Below are positions 11,477 through 21,375 of a stretch of DNA of 64,000 bases, in pieces. A model generated the notes under the pieces. That model searched no databases. It saw only the letters and a list, made by a program, of their open reading frames with translations, and had not been told where the DNA came from. Positions within the stretch are counted from its first letter, which is position 1. Each line of letters begins with the position of its first letter. The position numbers and the translations under genes were made by a program. This DNA comes from an uncultured Acidobacteriota bacterium (lineage in GTDB: Bacteria; Acidobacteriota; Terriglobia; UBA7540): NCBI GenBank assembly GCA_963804995.1, contig CAWDSK010000005.1, forward strand, positions 1,120,001 through 1,184,000, in the 5' to 3' direction.

Positions 11477-12807
11477 CAGGTCTTCCTCCCTGCCGGCTGG
11501 GCTCCGGGCAGCATGACCGCACCCCGCTGGGCCACCAGCGTCCCATCACGGAAAACCTTTTCGACGGTGCGGAGGGTCCGAACATCCTGGAGAGGGTCGC
11601 CGGCGAGTAAGATGAGATCGGCGCGTTTGCCGGGCTGGAGGGCACCGATTTCACTGTCCAATCCCAGCGCCCTCGCCGCATCAGCCGTGGCCATTTTGAT
11701 GACCTCCATGGGTGTAAACTCGCCGTACCGCACCAGGATCTCCATGGCTCGCGCCAGATCTTGAAACCCCGGCCAGAACGTGGAACCGGGCCAGGGACCG
11801 AAGCCGGCATCGGTGGCGATGAAGACGCAAACGCCTCGCTCGCGCAGGTGACGAAGGAATGGCCACCGCACCTGCAGCAGATTCCGCCACCATTCGTCCT
11901 CCGGAGACGGTTCCGCTTGCCACTCCTCCGGAAAAAAGGACGGCCCCGGCATGATGGCGTGATCCACGCGCACATCGTTCCTGACCATCCAATCGACCGC
12001 GGCCTCATCGGTGACCGGCTTCCGGTCAGGGCCGATCCACGAGCAGTGCTCGATGGTATCGACACCAGCCTCCGCTGCCACGCGAATGCCCGCCGTAGAG
12101 ATGGCGTGCGCCGCCACCTGCAGGCCGTGGCGATGCGCTTCGTCGACCGCGGCGGCCATCTCTTCCAACGTGTATTGCACTCCCCCGATGTCTGTTCCAG
12201 GGCTCGTCGTTCCGCCGCTGGCCACCAGCTTGATGAAATCTACCCTGCGCTTGGCGAGGAAGCGGACAGCCTCGCGAACGGCCTTAGCCCCCTCGGCAGC
12301 CCAGCCCGAGTAAAGGTGGCCGCCCCTGGTTGTGATCGGCCGCCCCGAGGCCAGAATGCGGGGGCCCGCGAAGTCACCCGCGTTGATGGCGTCGCGGAGG
12401 GCCAGAACGCTGTAATCATCCGCCCCGCAATCGCGCAGGGTCGTGACCCCGGCGGCCAGCGCCGTCTGGGCGAAGTGCCCGGCGCGGACAAGTTCGCGTT
12501 CCGCGTTGGGCGGCCGCAAATGGCCTTGCAGCCCATCCTTGTCTGACAGGGTATTCAGCGTCTTGTCCCAGGTCAGGTGGACGTGCCCATCGATGAGGCC
12601 GGGCAGCAGGGTCATTCCCGCCGCATCGAGCGTGGGAACCCCGTCGGGTACAGCGACTTCTTGCGCCGGTCCCGCAGCGACGATCCGGCCGTCCCCTCCG
12701 ATCAGTACCACGCCGGATGGAACGGGCGCGGGCCGGACACCATCAATCAACTGGGCTCCCCTGATGGCCAGCATGCTTTGCTCGTGGCGGGCGGCGTTTG
12801 CAGTCAT
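11476..12807 (-). CDS. Amidohydrolase-family metallo-hydrolase (prolidase-like)
   Basis: PGLIDGHVHL, GVTTLRD, IKLVASGG, AAHA, TIEHC, GKRADL. Confidence 0.9.
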   Translation of the reverse strand: MTANAARHEQSMLAIRGAQLIDGVRPAPVPSGVVLIGGDGRIVAAGPAQEVAVPDGVPTLDAAGMTLLPGLIDGHVHLTWDKTLNTLSDKDGLQGHLRPPNAERELVRAGHFAQTALAAGVTTLRDCGADDYSVLALRDAINAGDFAGPRILASGRPITTRGGHLYSGWAAEGAKAVREAVRFLAKRRVDFIKLVASGGTTSPGTDIGGVQYTLEEMAAAVDEAHRHGLQVAAHAISTAGIRVAAEAGVDTIEHCSWIGPDRKPVTDEAAVDWMVRNDVRVDHAIMPGPSFFPEEWQAEPSPEDEWWRNLLQVRWPFLRHLRERGVCVFIATDAGFGPWPGSTFWPGFQDLARAMEILVRYGEFTPMEVIKMATADAARALGLDSEIGALQPGKRADLILLAGDPLQDVRTLRTVEKVFRDGTLVAQRGAVMLPGAQPAGRKT

Positions 12808-13082
12808 AATTCAGATTTCCTTCGGTGTGTCTCTTCCGCGCCTCTGAGACTTGTTCAGCCTTTTCCCAAGCTACAGTTCACCTAGGGTTTGATTTGGTGC
12901 CTGACCCAGATTGTACTGGAATCGGCGTTCCAAGGCCTCTTGTTTTTGATTCTTCCTTTCTCCCTACGCACGCGAAGAGTCCCCATCTGCCGATAACCGT
13001 AGCGGGGAAGTGCGTCACGGCCGGGGTGGGTCGGTAAGCGCGCCCGTTACTCATCATTCTTAACTCATAACTTGTCACGGGC

Positions 13083-13168
13083 CTTAGCCAAGCCCGCAAG
13101 GCAACCTTGGTCACAGATGACCAGGACTTCGAGCGCGTGGGCACTGCCCTCAAAATCCTTTGGGTCTG
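13083..13168 (+). pseudogene. C-terminal remnant of PIN-domain (VapC-like) toxin
   Basis: Manual translation LSQARKATLVTDDQDFERVGTALKILWV*. Confidence 0.4.
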
Positions 13169-13282
13169 AAGTCGCACGTTGTAGCGCGGGTGTCCCCACC
13201 CGCGATTCGTTCCTGTAGCGGCGCTCTGTGGGTGGGGAGGGTTGAAACAGTAGCGCACCGAGCGCCGGGGTGGTTGAGCCTG

Positions 13283-13999
13283 TCAGGGGGTGGGGGAGCC
13301 CGCGGGCGTGGCGAAGGCGGCGGGCCAGCCGCCGTGGGCTTCGATCACTTTGTCGATTTCGGCCATCAGGCGGATGGTCTCTTTCAGGGCGACGACGATC
13401 TTCTGGTAGTGGGCAATGTCTTCTTCGGAAAGCACCCGGCCGCGGCGGTCCTTCAGCCACTTCTCGCAGACCTGATAGCCGCCGATGTGGAAGTTCCAAA
13501 CGTTTTCGGGAACGCCCTCGAACCAGCATTTGGGGTTGATGTGTACCCTTCCTCTGCGCGAAGCGCTTTGGACTGCGGTCGCGAAGCTGCCGCTTTCATC
13601 TGTGGAATTTCTCGACCCGCCCTTGATTGAGGCGCCGGGTGGGGCGTTCGAACCCAAAGCGGTAGCTTCGCGACCGCAGTCCAAAACGGCTTCGCCGATG
13701 CCCGAGACAAATTTGGGGTAGGCCTTGGCAGCATCGCTCTCGCCCTTGCCCGCGTACTTCGTGATGTGTTTCTCCAGCTTGGGGGATTCCATCAGGTGAA
13801 GGGCGACAAGCTCCCCGCCAAGCTTGGCTAGGGCGCGGAACAATTCCAGGCTTGACGTGAGCGGGAGGCGCGGGAAATCAATCTTCAGAAACTCAGCGTA
13901 GCGCCTCCGGTAACCGGGGCTTTGAAACACTGCGTACGTGTAATGGATCAATACATCTGGTGAGCGCGTGATTTGTTCTTGGATACCTGTAGCGACCAT
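13283..13999 (-). pseudogene. C-terminal fragment of type ISP restriction-modification enzyme, with an in-frame repeat insertion
   Basis: YTYAVFQSPGYRRRYAEFLKIDFPRLP...VWNFHIGGYQVCEKWLKDR...ETIRLM; no MTase or helicase part upstream. Confidence 0.8.
13558..13695. repeat. REP-like inverted doublet (TTTGGACTGCGG...CCGCAGTCCAAA family)
   Basis: 30-bp near-perfect inverted repeat 13567-13596 / 13656-13685; related doublets at 24710-24819 and 62881-63229. Confidence 0.8.
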
Positions 14000-14134
14000 C
14001 GGGGAACCACTGGAAACATAGCGGCGGCCTCACGCCGATAGCGGGCAGGCAGTACAATCCTGCGTGGCCTTTTCTCCCGCCCGATGCCCCACCGTAGCTA
14101 ACAGCTAAAAGCTAACAGCTCTCAGTTTTCTGTT

Positions 14135-14260
14135 GTAGCGCGGGTGTCCTCACCCGCGTCTTCGAGGTAACGAGACACGTACAGCGCGGGTGGGGACACC
14201 CGTATTAAACGCGGGTGGGAACACCCGTATTAAACGCAGGTGGGGACACCCGCGCTACAA
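14135..14260. repeat. GTAG-type REP doublet with 25-bp tandem expansion
   Basis: tgtagcgcgggtgtcctcacccgcg...(cgcgggtggggacacccgtattaaa)x2...acacccgcgctaca; another copy at ~13180. Confidence 0.75.
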
Positions 14261-14324
14261 GCCCACGGCTCACCGCCGACAGATGGGACCGGGTTTAGGG
14301 ATTAGGGGCTAGGATTCAGGATAA

Positions 14325-14380
14325 CTCCTGGCTTCTGGCTCCTCACTCCTAGCTCCTGACTTGTGGCTCCCAGCTCCTAG
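14325..14380. repeat. Heptamer tandem tract (CTCCTRG-like), continuing beyond IS1634
   Basis: ctcctgg cttctgg ctcctca ctcctag ctcctga cttgtgg ctcccag ctcctag. Confidence 0.75.
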
Positions 14381-16395
14381 CCTGCCTTTCGCACTTCCAC
14401 CCGCTACCGGGCTGATTTTGGCAGCTTGCGGTGCACAAGGTCTTTGCCTTCAATGGGCGCGGGTTGAAGAGTGCTTGTAGGCCCGACCTACCCTCTTTTC
14501 TGGGGCGCGAAGGTCTGGCATTCTGGGGCGTGCACCTGAAGATTCATCGACGCAAAAAGGACGGCAAGGAACATCGTTATTTCAGCATCGTCGAGAGTCG
14601 GCGCGTGTCGCGCTCGAAGGTCGTGCATCGGACGGTGCTGTATCTGGGCGAAATCAACGACAGCCAACAATCCGCGTGGCGCAAGACGCTGGAGGTTTTT
14701 GACGAGGACCGTCGCGTCCTCGCGTCCCTGAGCCTCTTCCCGGAGGACCGCGAACTTCCTGCGGATGCTGTGGACGGCGTACAAGTGAAGTTGAGTGAAA
14801 TGCGCGTTGAGCGGCCGCGCACCTTCGGTGGCTGTTGGTTGGGCTGCGAGCTGTGGCGCCAGTTGAAGCTGGACGAGTTCTGGCAGGCGAGGTTGCCGGA
14901 AGGGCGCGAGGGAGTTCCGTGGGAGAAGGTGCTACGGCTGCTGGTGGTGAACCGGTTGATCGAGCCGGGCAGCGAATTCCGTGTGCATCGGCACTGGTTC
15001 GATCAGACCGCCATGGCCGAGTTGCTGGCAGTGAACTTCGCGGTGGCCGAGAAGGACCGGCTCTATCGTTGTCTGGATCGAATACTGGCGCACAAGGCGG
15101 AGTTGTTCCAGCACCTGCGGCTGCGGTGGCAAGACCTCTTTGCGGCGCGCTTTGATCTGCTCCTCTACGATCTCACCAGCACCTATGTGGAAGGAGAGGC
15201 GGAAGCGATTCCCAAAGCCCGCCACGGTTACAGCCGGGACGGGCGGTTCGACTGTCGGCAGGTGGTGATCGCCCTGGTGCTGACGCCGGAAGGTTTCCCG
15301 CTGGCCTACGAAGTGATGGAGGGGAATACTTCCGACCGGAACAGCTTGCGCGGTTTTCTGGACAAGATCGAGAGCGTGTACGGCAAGGCACGGCGGGTGT
15401 GGATGATGGATCGGGGAGTTCCCAGTGAAGAACTGCTGGCGGAGATGCGCACCCCGGGGCGGGAGATGTTTTACCTGGTGGGGACGCCACGGGGCAAGAT
15501 CCGGCAGTACGAAGCGAAGTGGACGGAACTGCCGTGGCGGAAGGTGCGCGAGTCGGTAGAGGTGAAACTGTTCGCGGAGGAAGGCGAGTTGTATGTGCTG
15601 GCGAAGAGCGCAGGCCGCCAGGCGAAAGAGATGGCCATCCGTCGACGCAAGCTGGCACGGCTGTTGTGGAGGCTGCGGGCCTTGCGGCGCGTGTGTCCGA
15701 CGCGTGATGCGTTGCTGATGAAGATCGGAGCAGCCAAGAGTGAAGCCGGACGGGCCTTCGGTTTCGTGAAGATCAGCGTGCCCAAGGCCCAGGAAGAAGT
15801 GACTCGCCAGACCTTCCAGTTCCGGCTCGAGCGCAGCAAGTTGGAGGAAGCGGAGCGGCGCGATGGACATTATCTGTTGCGCACCAATCTGACGGGGGAA
15901 AATCCCGAGGTGTTGTGGGACCGCTACATGCAACTGGCGCAGATCGAAGCGGCCTTTAAGTGTTTGAAGAGTGAGCTGGGAATTCGGCCGATTTATCATC
16001 AAATAGAACATCGCGTCGAGGCCCACATCCTCATTGCCTTTCTGGCGTACGGCTTGTGGGTGACGCTGAAACAGCGTCTGCAGGCCCACGCTCCGGGCCT
16101 GACGCCGAAAGCGGTGCTGGAGAAGCTGGCGGGCATGCAGATGCTCGATGTGTCTTTCCCGACCACGGATGGGCGCCGATTAGTGATGCCCCGCTACACC
16201 GAGCCGACACCCGAACAAAAGCTCCTGTTGCACGAACTGCAGCTCGTGCTCCCCACTCAGCCACCGCCCAGGATCACGGTCCAGCCGGAAATCTTTCCTG
16301 CTGGAATGCTGCGTTTGTAGGCCAGACCTTGGCAATGCCTGTACTGAAAAGAAGCGAGTTAACCCAACTCAACACCCTGAAGTGCGAAAGTTCGG
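14381..16395 (+). mobile_element. IS1634-family insertion sequence
   Basis: IRL CCTGCCTTTCGCACTT, IRR (reverse complement) CCGAACTTTCGCACTT; CTAG on both flanks (14377-80, 16396-99). Confidence 0.88.
14530..16320 (+). CDS. IS1634-family DDE transposase
   Basis: RRKKDGKEHRYFSIVESRR, YDLTSTYVEG, GYSRDGR, MDRG, IEAAFKCLKSELGIRPIYHQ; probable GTG start at 14530. Confidence 0.92.
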   Translation: MHLKIHRRKKDGKEHRYFSIVESRRVSRSKVVHRTVLYLGEINDSQQSAWRKTLEVFDEDRRVLASLSLFPEDRELPADAVDGVQVKLSEMRVERPRTFGGCWLGCELWRQLKLDEFWQARLPEGREGVPWEKVLRLLVVNRLIEPGSEFRVHRHWFDQTAMAELLAVNFAVAEKDRLYRCLDRILAHKAELFQHLRLRWQDLFAARFDLLLYDLTSTYVEGEAEAIPKARHGYSRDGRFDCRQVVIALVLTPEGFPLAYEVMEGNTSDRNSLRGFLDKIESVYGKARRVWMMDRGVPSEELLAEMRTPGREMFYLVGTPRGKIRQYEAKWTELPWRKVRESVEVKLFAEEGELYVLAKSAGRQAKEMAIRRRKLARLLWRLRALRRVCPTRDALLMKIGAAKSEAGRAFGFVKISVPKAQEEVTRQTFQFRLERSKLEEAERRDGHYLLRTNLTGENPEVLWDRYMQLAQIEAAFKCLKSELGIRPIYHQIEHRVEAHILIAFLAYGLWVTLKQRLQAHAPGLTPKAVLEKLAGMQMLDVSFPTTDGRRLVMPRYTEPTPEQKLLLHELQLVLPTQPPPRITVQPEIFPAGMLRL

Positions 16396-16399
16396 CTAG

Positions 16400-16615
16400 C
16401 TTCTGACTCCTGGCTTCTATCCCCCAGCCCCGTATCCCGTAACCCGTATCCCGTTTCCCGGCCCCGTATCCCGAGTCGCGAATCCCGATTCCAGATTCCA
16501 GATTTGAGATTGCCAAGTCCCGAATCCCGTATCCCGTGTCCCGTATCCCTAGTCCCGAATCCCCAGTCCCGGGTCCCGGGTCCCGAACCCCGTATTCCGG
16601 CTCCCGAGCCCTCGC
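16400..16615. repeat. Heptamer tandem tract (CCCGTAT/CCCGAAT-like)
   Basis: cccgtat cccgtaa cccgtat cccgttt ... over ~200 bp; similar tracts at 24015-24068, 31487-31552 and 40960-40996. Confidence 0.75.
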
Positions 16616-16618
16616 CCC

Positions 16619-16698
16619 TCGGACATTATGGCCCCCGGGGGTGTCCCAGAAGTAGCCCATAGCGGGGTGTAGCGAGCGAGGTCCCACCAAAAAGCCCC
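16619..16698. repeat. ~80-bp dispersed element end (inverted copy at 57027-57105)
   Basis: tcggacattatggcc...tgtcccagaagt...tagcgagcgaggtcccac..aaaa.cccc aligns with the reverse complement of 57027-57105. Confidence 0.7.
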
Positions 16699-16784
16699 TA
16701 TGTGGGACTGGCAATCCCACGCCATTCTCCTTTCCGTCCTGGACGGAAGCAGGGCCCGCGGCGGCTCACCCCTTTGAGCATAAG

Positions 16785-17870
16785 GTGATGGTTCGTCCGA
16801 CTGACTTTCGTCCAATCCGGCCGGCAAATCCCAATGTGCGGCAACAATTCCAAGAACTCTACGCGGAGCTGATTGCCGATGAAGAGCGCAATCGGCTTGT
16901 CCACGATGACGTTATCCAAACCCTTCGGGAGGGACGGTCGCCGCTAGTGCTGACCGAGCGAAATGAGCACCTGGATTCTTTGGCCAAGCAGTTGGGACCC
17001 GCGGTGCGACATCTCGTGGTGCTTCGAGGCGGGATGCGCAAAAAGGAACTTGACGCGCTCCCTTCCCGTTTGGCCGCCATTCCGGCGGGGGAGGCTCGCG
17101 TGATCCTGGCCACGGGCCGTTATGTGGGCGAAGGTTTCGATGACGCCCGGCTCGACACCTTATTTCTGACGCTGCCTATTTCGTGGCACGGGACCATCGC
17201 GCAATACGTGGGTAGGCTGCATCGCCTGTACGACGGCAAGCGCGAAGTGCGCGTCTACGATTACGCCGATCTCAACGTGCCGATGCTGGCGCGGATGTTC
17301 GATCGCCGTTGTCGCGGCTATGAGGCGATTGGCTACAAGATCCAACTTCCGGGCAGCGCCGTGCCCGGCGGGCCTGCGGACGTGCCACTTCCCATCGATC
17401 CCGAATGGAAGAGCCAATACGCGGCCAGCGTGCGTCGCTTGGTGCGCGATGGCGTAGATTCTCTCCTGGCAAACCTGTTTGTTAACGTTGCCATAATGCC
17501 GTCTCCGAATGCCGAGGGCGCCAATCGAGCGCGAAGCGCCAGCGAGGCATTTCTATATCGCCGACTCGAAACTTTGGCAGCAACAACCGGGAAGTTTCGT
17601 TTGAATGTGGAGTTGCCGATTCCGTTCGATGGCTGGGGCCACATGGAGGTTGATCTGCTTTGCGTACCGTCCCGAATCGCCATCGAATTGGACGGCGGCC
17701 AGCATTTGGGCGACGCCGACGCCTACCGGCGAGACCGTCGCAAGGATGCGTTGCTTCAGGAGAACGGCTATCTGGTTCTCCGATTCCTCGCCGAGGACGT
17801 TGGCAAACATCTCGATCAAGTCTTGGATGCTATTCTGCGGGCTTTATCACATCAAGGTGCCAGAACCTGA
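16785..17870 (+). pseudogene. 5'-truncated SF2 (ResIII-like) helicase C-terminus fused to DUF559/Vsr-like nuclease
   Basis: ATGRYVGEGFD...LDTLFL...QYVGRLHR (helicase motifs V-VI); EVDLLC...IELDGGQH...DRRKDALLQENGYLVLRF; no Walker A/B. Confidence 0.75.
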
Positions 17871-18017
17871 CATGAACTGGCCTCCGCAACACCCTGTGCG
17901 CAACCTGCGCCCAGTTTGGGGCAATTGCCCCAGCCTTCTGAAAGGAACATCTCCATACGAACGCGAATGTTGTGGCAATGGCACCTTATAAGGCGGCAAC
18001 TGCCCATTGTCCTGGTC

Positions 18018-18190
18018 AGATCGCGGTAGTTGATTCCATCGAAGTGCAGCCAAATGTGTTTGCCTTGCCATTCCGGTGGCAACTCGAATTCTTTACGGTA
18101 CCACCAAGCAGGCTTAAAGGGGCTATCGGCCGGCATGGGCAGATTGGAAAAATTCTCCCCGGTCGAAACGGGCGGCGTCTTCTCGCCGCT
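18018..18190 (-). pseudogene. Short internal fragment of a GH2 glycosidase sugar-binding domain
   Basis: SPFKPAWWYRKEFELPPEWQGKHIWLHFDGINYR. Confidence 0.6.
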
Positions 18191-18199
18191 AGCGCCTAA

Positions 18200-18851
18200 A
18201 GGAGCCCCCCCGGCTTTGCCGGGGAGGCAGAAAGAGTTTGACAGATCCGGGAGTCCATCGCAGAAACTCCAGCCGTGAGCCGCCAAAGCACACGGAAAAG
18301 GAGATCCGCGATGGACCAGGCAAGAAGCCTAAACCATACGAAGTGGGAGTGCAAATACCATGTGGTGTTCATTCCGAAGTGTCGGCGGAAGGTGTTGTAC
18401 AAGGAATTGCTGCGGCATTTGGGGGAAGTGTTCCGGCAGTTGGCGGGACAGAAAGAGAGTCGGATCGAAGAAGGGCATCTGATGCCCGACCACGTGCCCA
18501 TGATGATTGCGATTCCACCCAAGCACGCGGTGTCGCAGGTGATTGGGTATATCAAGGGCAAGAGCGCGATTCATCTGGCGCGGGTGTATGGCGAACGCAA
18601 GAGGAATTTTGTGGGCCAGCACTTTTGGGCACGAGGATTCTACGTGTCCACGGTGGGGCGAGATGAGCAAGCGGTGCGGGAATGCATTCGGGAACAGGAA
18701 GAGGAAGACAAGCGACTGGACCAAATGGGCCTGTGGTGAGAGCGCCACCTGAGGTGGCGCGCAACCCTGCGGGGCCGCGTCAGCGACCCCGCCTAGCCGC
18801 TTTGAGCGGCTCACAAACTAAAGCCCCCGGCTTTGCCGGGGGATACTTACT
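18200..18851 (+). mobile_element. IS200-type element (tnpA only); boundaries approximate
   Basis: Matching subterminal hairpins ccccggctttgccgggg at ~18207 and ~18824 flank tnpA. Confidence 0.85.
18311..18739 (+). CDS. tnpA: IS200/IS605-family HUH (Y1) transposase
   Basis: WECKYHVVFIPKCRRK, GYIKGKS, FWARGFYVSTVG. The HUH motif reads DHVP and the usual catalytic-Tyr position reads ECI, so it may be inactive. Confidence 0.9.
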   Translation: MDQARSLNHTKWECKYHVVFIPKCRRKVLYKELLRHLGEVFRQLAGQKESRIEEGHLMPDHVPMMIAIPPKHAVSQVIGYIKGKSAIHLARVYGERKRNFVGQHFWARGFYVSTVGRDEQAVRECIREQEEEDKRLDQMGLW

Positions 18852-21039
18852 GGTTATTGGGCTGGCCGTCCCGGCAGTGATGCTAATGCCGCAGCGGACA
18901 GACTGGTAGTTTCCCTGGATGGCACTTGGAAGGTGGCGGATAGCATATCGGCCGTTGACATCCCGTCGTCGTTTGATCATGTTGCGCCCGTGCCCGGCAT
19001 GGCGAACCTGGCCACGCCGCCTTTCCCAGAACGTCGACGCCTATCTCAGCCGCGAGAACATTGCCGATCGGCGATTCTTTAAAGTGCAGCCGGAGTCTGA
19101 ACTGGCAAAACTCGTTCCCGGACCTCGCCAGAGGCGAAATTACTTCTGGTTCCGGAAGACCTTCCGATTACCCGCCAAAAAGGAACTCGCGGTTTTGAAG
19201 ATCAATAAGGCCCAATTTGGCACGGCAGTCTGGCTGAACGGGAAGAAAATCGGCGATCATTACGGTTGCTTCACCGCGGGTTACTTCAATCTGACGGAGG
19301 CGATTAACTGGAGCGGAGACAACCAGCTCACTGTCCGTATTGGGGCCCATCCAGCGGCAGCCCCGTCCTGGGTCCCCACGGGGATCGATTTTGAGAAAAA
19401 CAAATGGACGCCCGGCATTTATGACTCCGTGGAGTTGCACCTGTGCGACAACCCGGTGATTGAAACTCTTCAAGTTGCCGCGCACATTAACCCGCGAGAA
19501 ATTGTTGTCCAAACCAAGATCAAAAACTACGGAGATCCCGGCTCATTCGTTCTTGCGCACAAAGTAAAAGCGTGGAAGGACCAACGGCTGGTTGCTGAGC
19601 CCCAGTCTCAATCATTCTCCCTTGGCCTGGGGGAAGAGAAGACCTTGACGGAGACCATTCCGCTCCCTGGCGCCGAGCTGTGGACTCCTGAGAACCCATT
19701 TCTATATCAGTTGGAGACGAGTACGGGCGGGGATTCTGTTTCTACGCGCTTTGGCGTGCGCGAGTTTCGATTCGACACCGCAACGAAACGAGCCTATCTG
19801 AACGGCAAAGTTTACTTCATGAGAGGGTCCAATATCACCTTGCGCCGCTTTTTTGATGATCCCCTGTGTCGTGGCTTACCGTGGGACGAAGCATGGCTAA
19901 GAAAGCTGCTGGTTGAGATTCCCAAGCGGATGAACTGGAACAGCTTCCGCTTCTGCATTGGGCCGGTGCCGGACAAGTGGCTGGCTATTGCCGACGAAGC
20001 GGGATTGCTAATCCAGAATGAGTATTTCATATAGACCTTGACTGAAGACTTCATTCAACAGGACTACCTTAAGAAATGGAGCAAGGACGAACTGATTCGA
20101 GAGTACCGGGAATGGATGCGCGATAACTGGAATCACCCGAGCGTGGTCATCTGGGACGCAACCAACGAGACGGTAGCTGATGTTTTTGGTGATGAGATTA
20201 TCCCCGCGGTGCGCCCGCTGGATCTGTCCAACCGCCCTTGGGAGAATAGCTGGAACGTCCCTGAGGGCCCTGACGATCCGATGGAGAGTCATCCCTATCT
20301 GTTCGCCACCTTTGGTCAACCCCCGTCTTTCCAGATGACCGATTTGGAAAGGATGAACGGGGCTGAACCTGCACCGGTCTCAGGGTTCGGGACTGGACAT
20401 GCAAGGATTCTTAACGAATACGGTTGGCTCTGGCTGACCCGTGACGGCACACCCACGGCAGTCTCGAAGCCCGTCTACGACAAGCTGCTGGGACCCAATG
20501 CGACGGGCGCGGAGAGACTGGAGCTCAATGCTTATCTGCTGGCGGGATTAACGGAATTCTGGCGGGCCCACCGGAACTTCGCGGGTGTCCTCCACTTCGT
20601 CTACCTCTCGTCCAATTATCCTGGAGTCTATACTGCGGACCATTTCCAAGATATTGACAAACTCGTGCTTGAGCCACACTTCAAGAACTACCTCCGCGAA
20701 GCCTTCAGGCCCCTCGGAGTGTATATCGACTTCTGGCATCCCACGCTCAACGCCGGTTCGAAAAGACGATTCTTCGTCATGATGGTTAATGATGCCTACG
20801 AGGATGTCAAGGGCAGCCTAGTGCGAACTCTTCACCGGACAGATGGCGCGGAGTCTGCTCGTGCCGAGGTTCCCTTCGCCATACCAGGCCTGGGTGCGCA
20901 AACTTACAAGCTTGATCTGAAACTGCCTGATGCACCCGGAAACTTCCTCCTGAAAGCGATAGCCTACCCTTCAGGCGCGAGCTCCACTAGTCCTACGGTG
21001 AGCAGGCGTAAAGTGGCCCTCACCACAAAGCAGAGCTGA
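18852..21039 (+). pseudogene. GH2 glycoside hydrolase, 5' end cut by IS200, frameshift ~19030, in-frame TAG at 20032
   Basis: VSLDGTWKVADS, VWLNGKKIGDH, LWTPENPFLY, RFGVREF, ADEAGLLIQNEYFI*..., NHPSVVIWDATNE, ILNEYGWLW. Confidence 0.8.
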
Positions 21040-21116
21040 CGCGGACCGTCTGGACCCGCACTGTTTCTGCTTCCCCAGTCTCTAGTTCACGTATGTTGAT
21101 TTGAAAATGGCGCTCG

Positions 21117-21340
21117 CCGACGGATCACACCCATCAGGTTGGAAATGACCGGTTGGTGGCGGCCGTCTCAAATTACGGCTACGTCCAGGTGCGGCAAGAT
21201 GAAGGGTCGCCGAAATTCCTCAACGACTACGCTCCCGAGCTCGGTCAGTATGGGGGCGGAAGCGGCTACCTCTCCGACGGCAAAAAGGTGCTCAGCACCT
21301 ACTATCCTGGCAATGCCCAGACGTTCGACCGGACCCTACC
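21117..21340 (+). pseudogene. Isolated fragment of a probable carbohydrate-active protein
   Basis: PTDHTHQVGNDRLVAAVSNYGYVQVRQDEGSPKFLNDY; no credible start or end. Confidence 0.35.
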
Positions 21341-21375
21341 AGGCGGGCTGCATCTGAGCTTTTGGACGCATCGGC

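Noticed and set aside
12986..13012. GCCGATAA sigma28-like -10 box (similar context at ~31363)
   Set aside because: No convincing -35 at the proper spacing and no clear downstream gene.
14185..14259. Three ~25-bp repeats resembling a mini CRISPR array
   Set aside because: Head-to-tail with no unique spacers, part of a GTAG REP doublet, and no cas genes.
20032..20034. TAG read-through or recoding in GH2
   Set aside because: Simplest as TGG>TAG in a gene already cut by IS200; TAG is used as a normal stop elsewhere and there are no pyl genes here.
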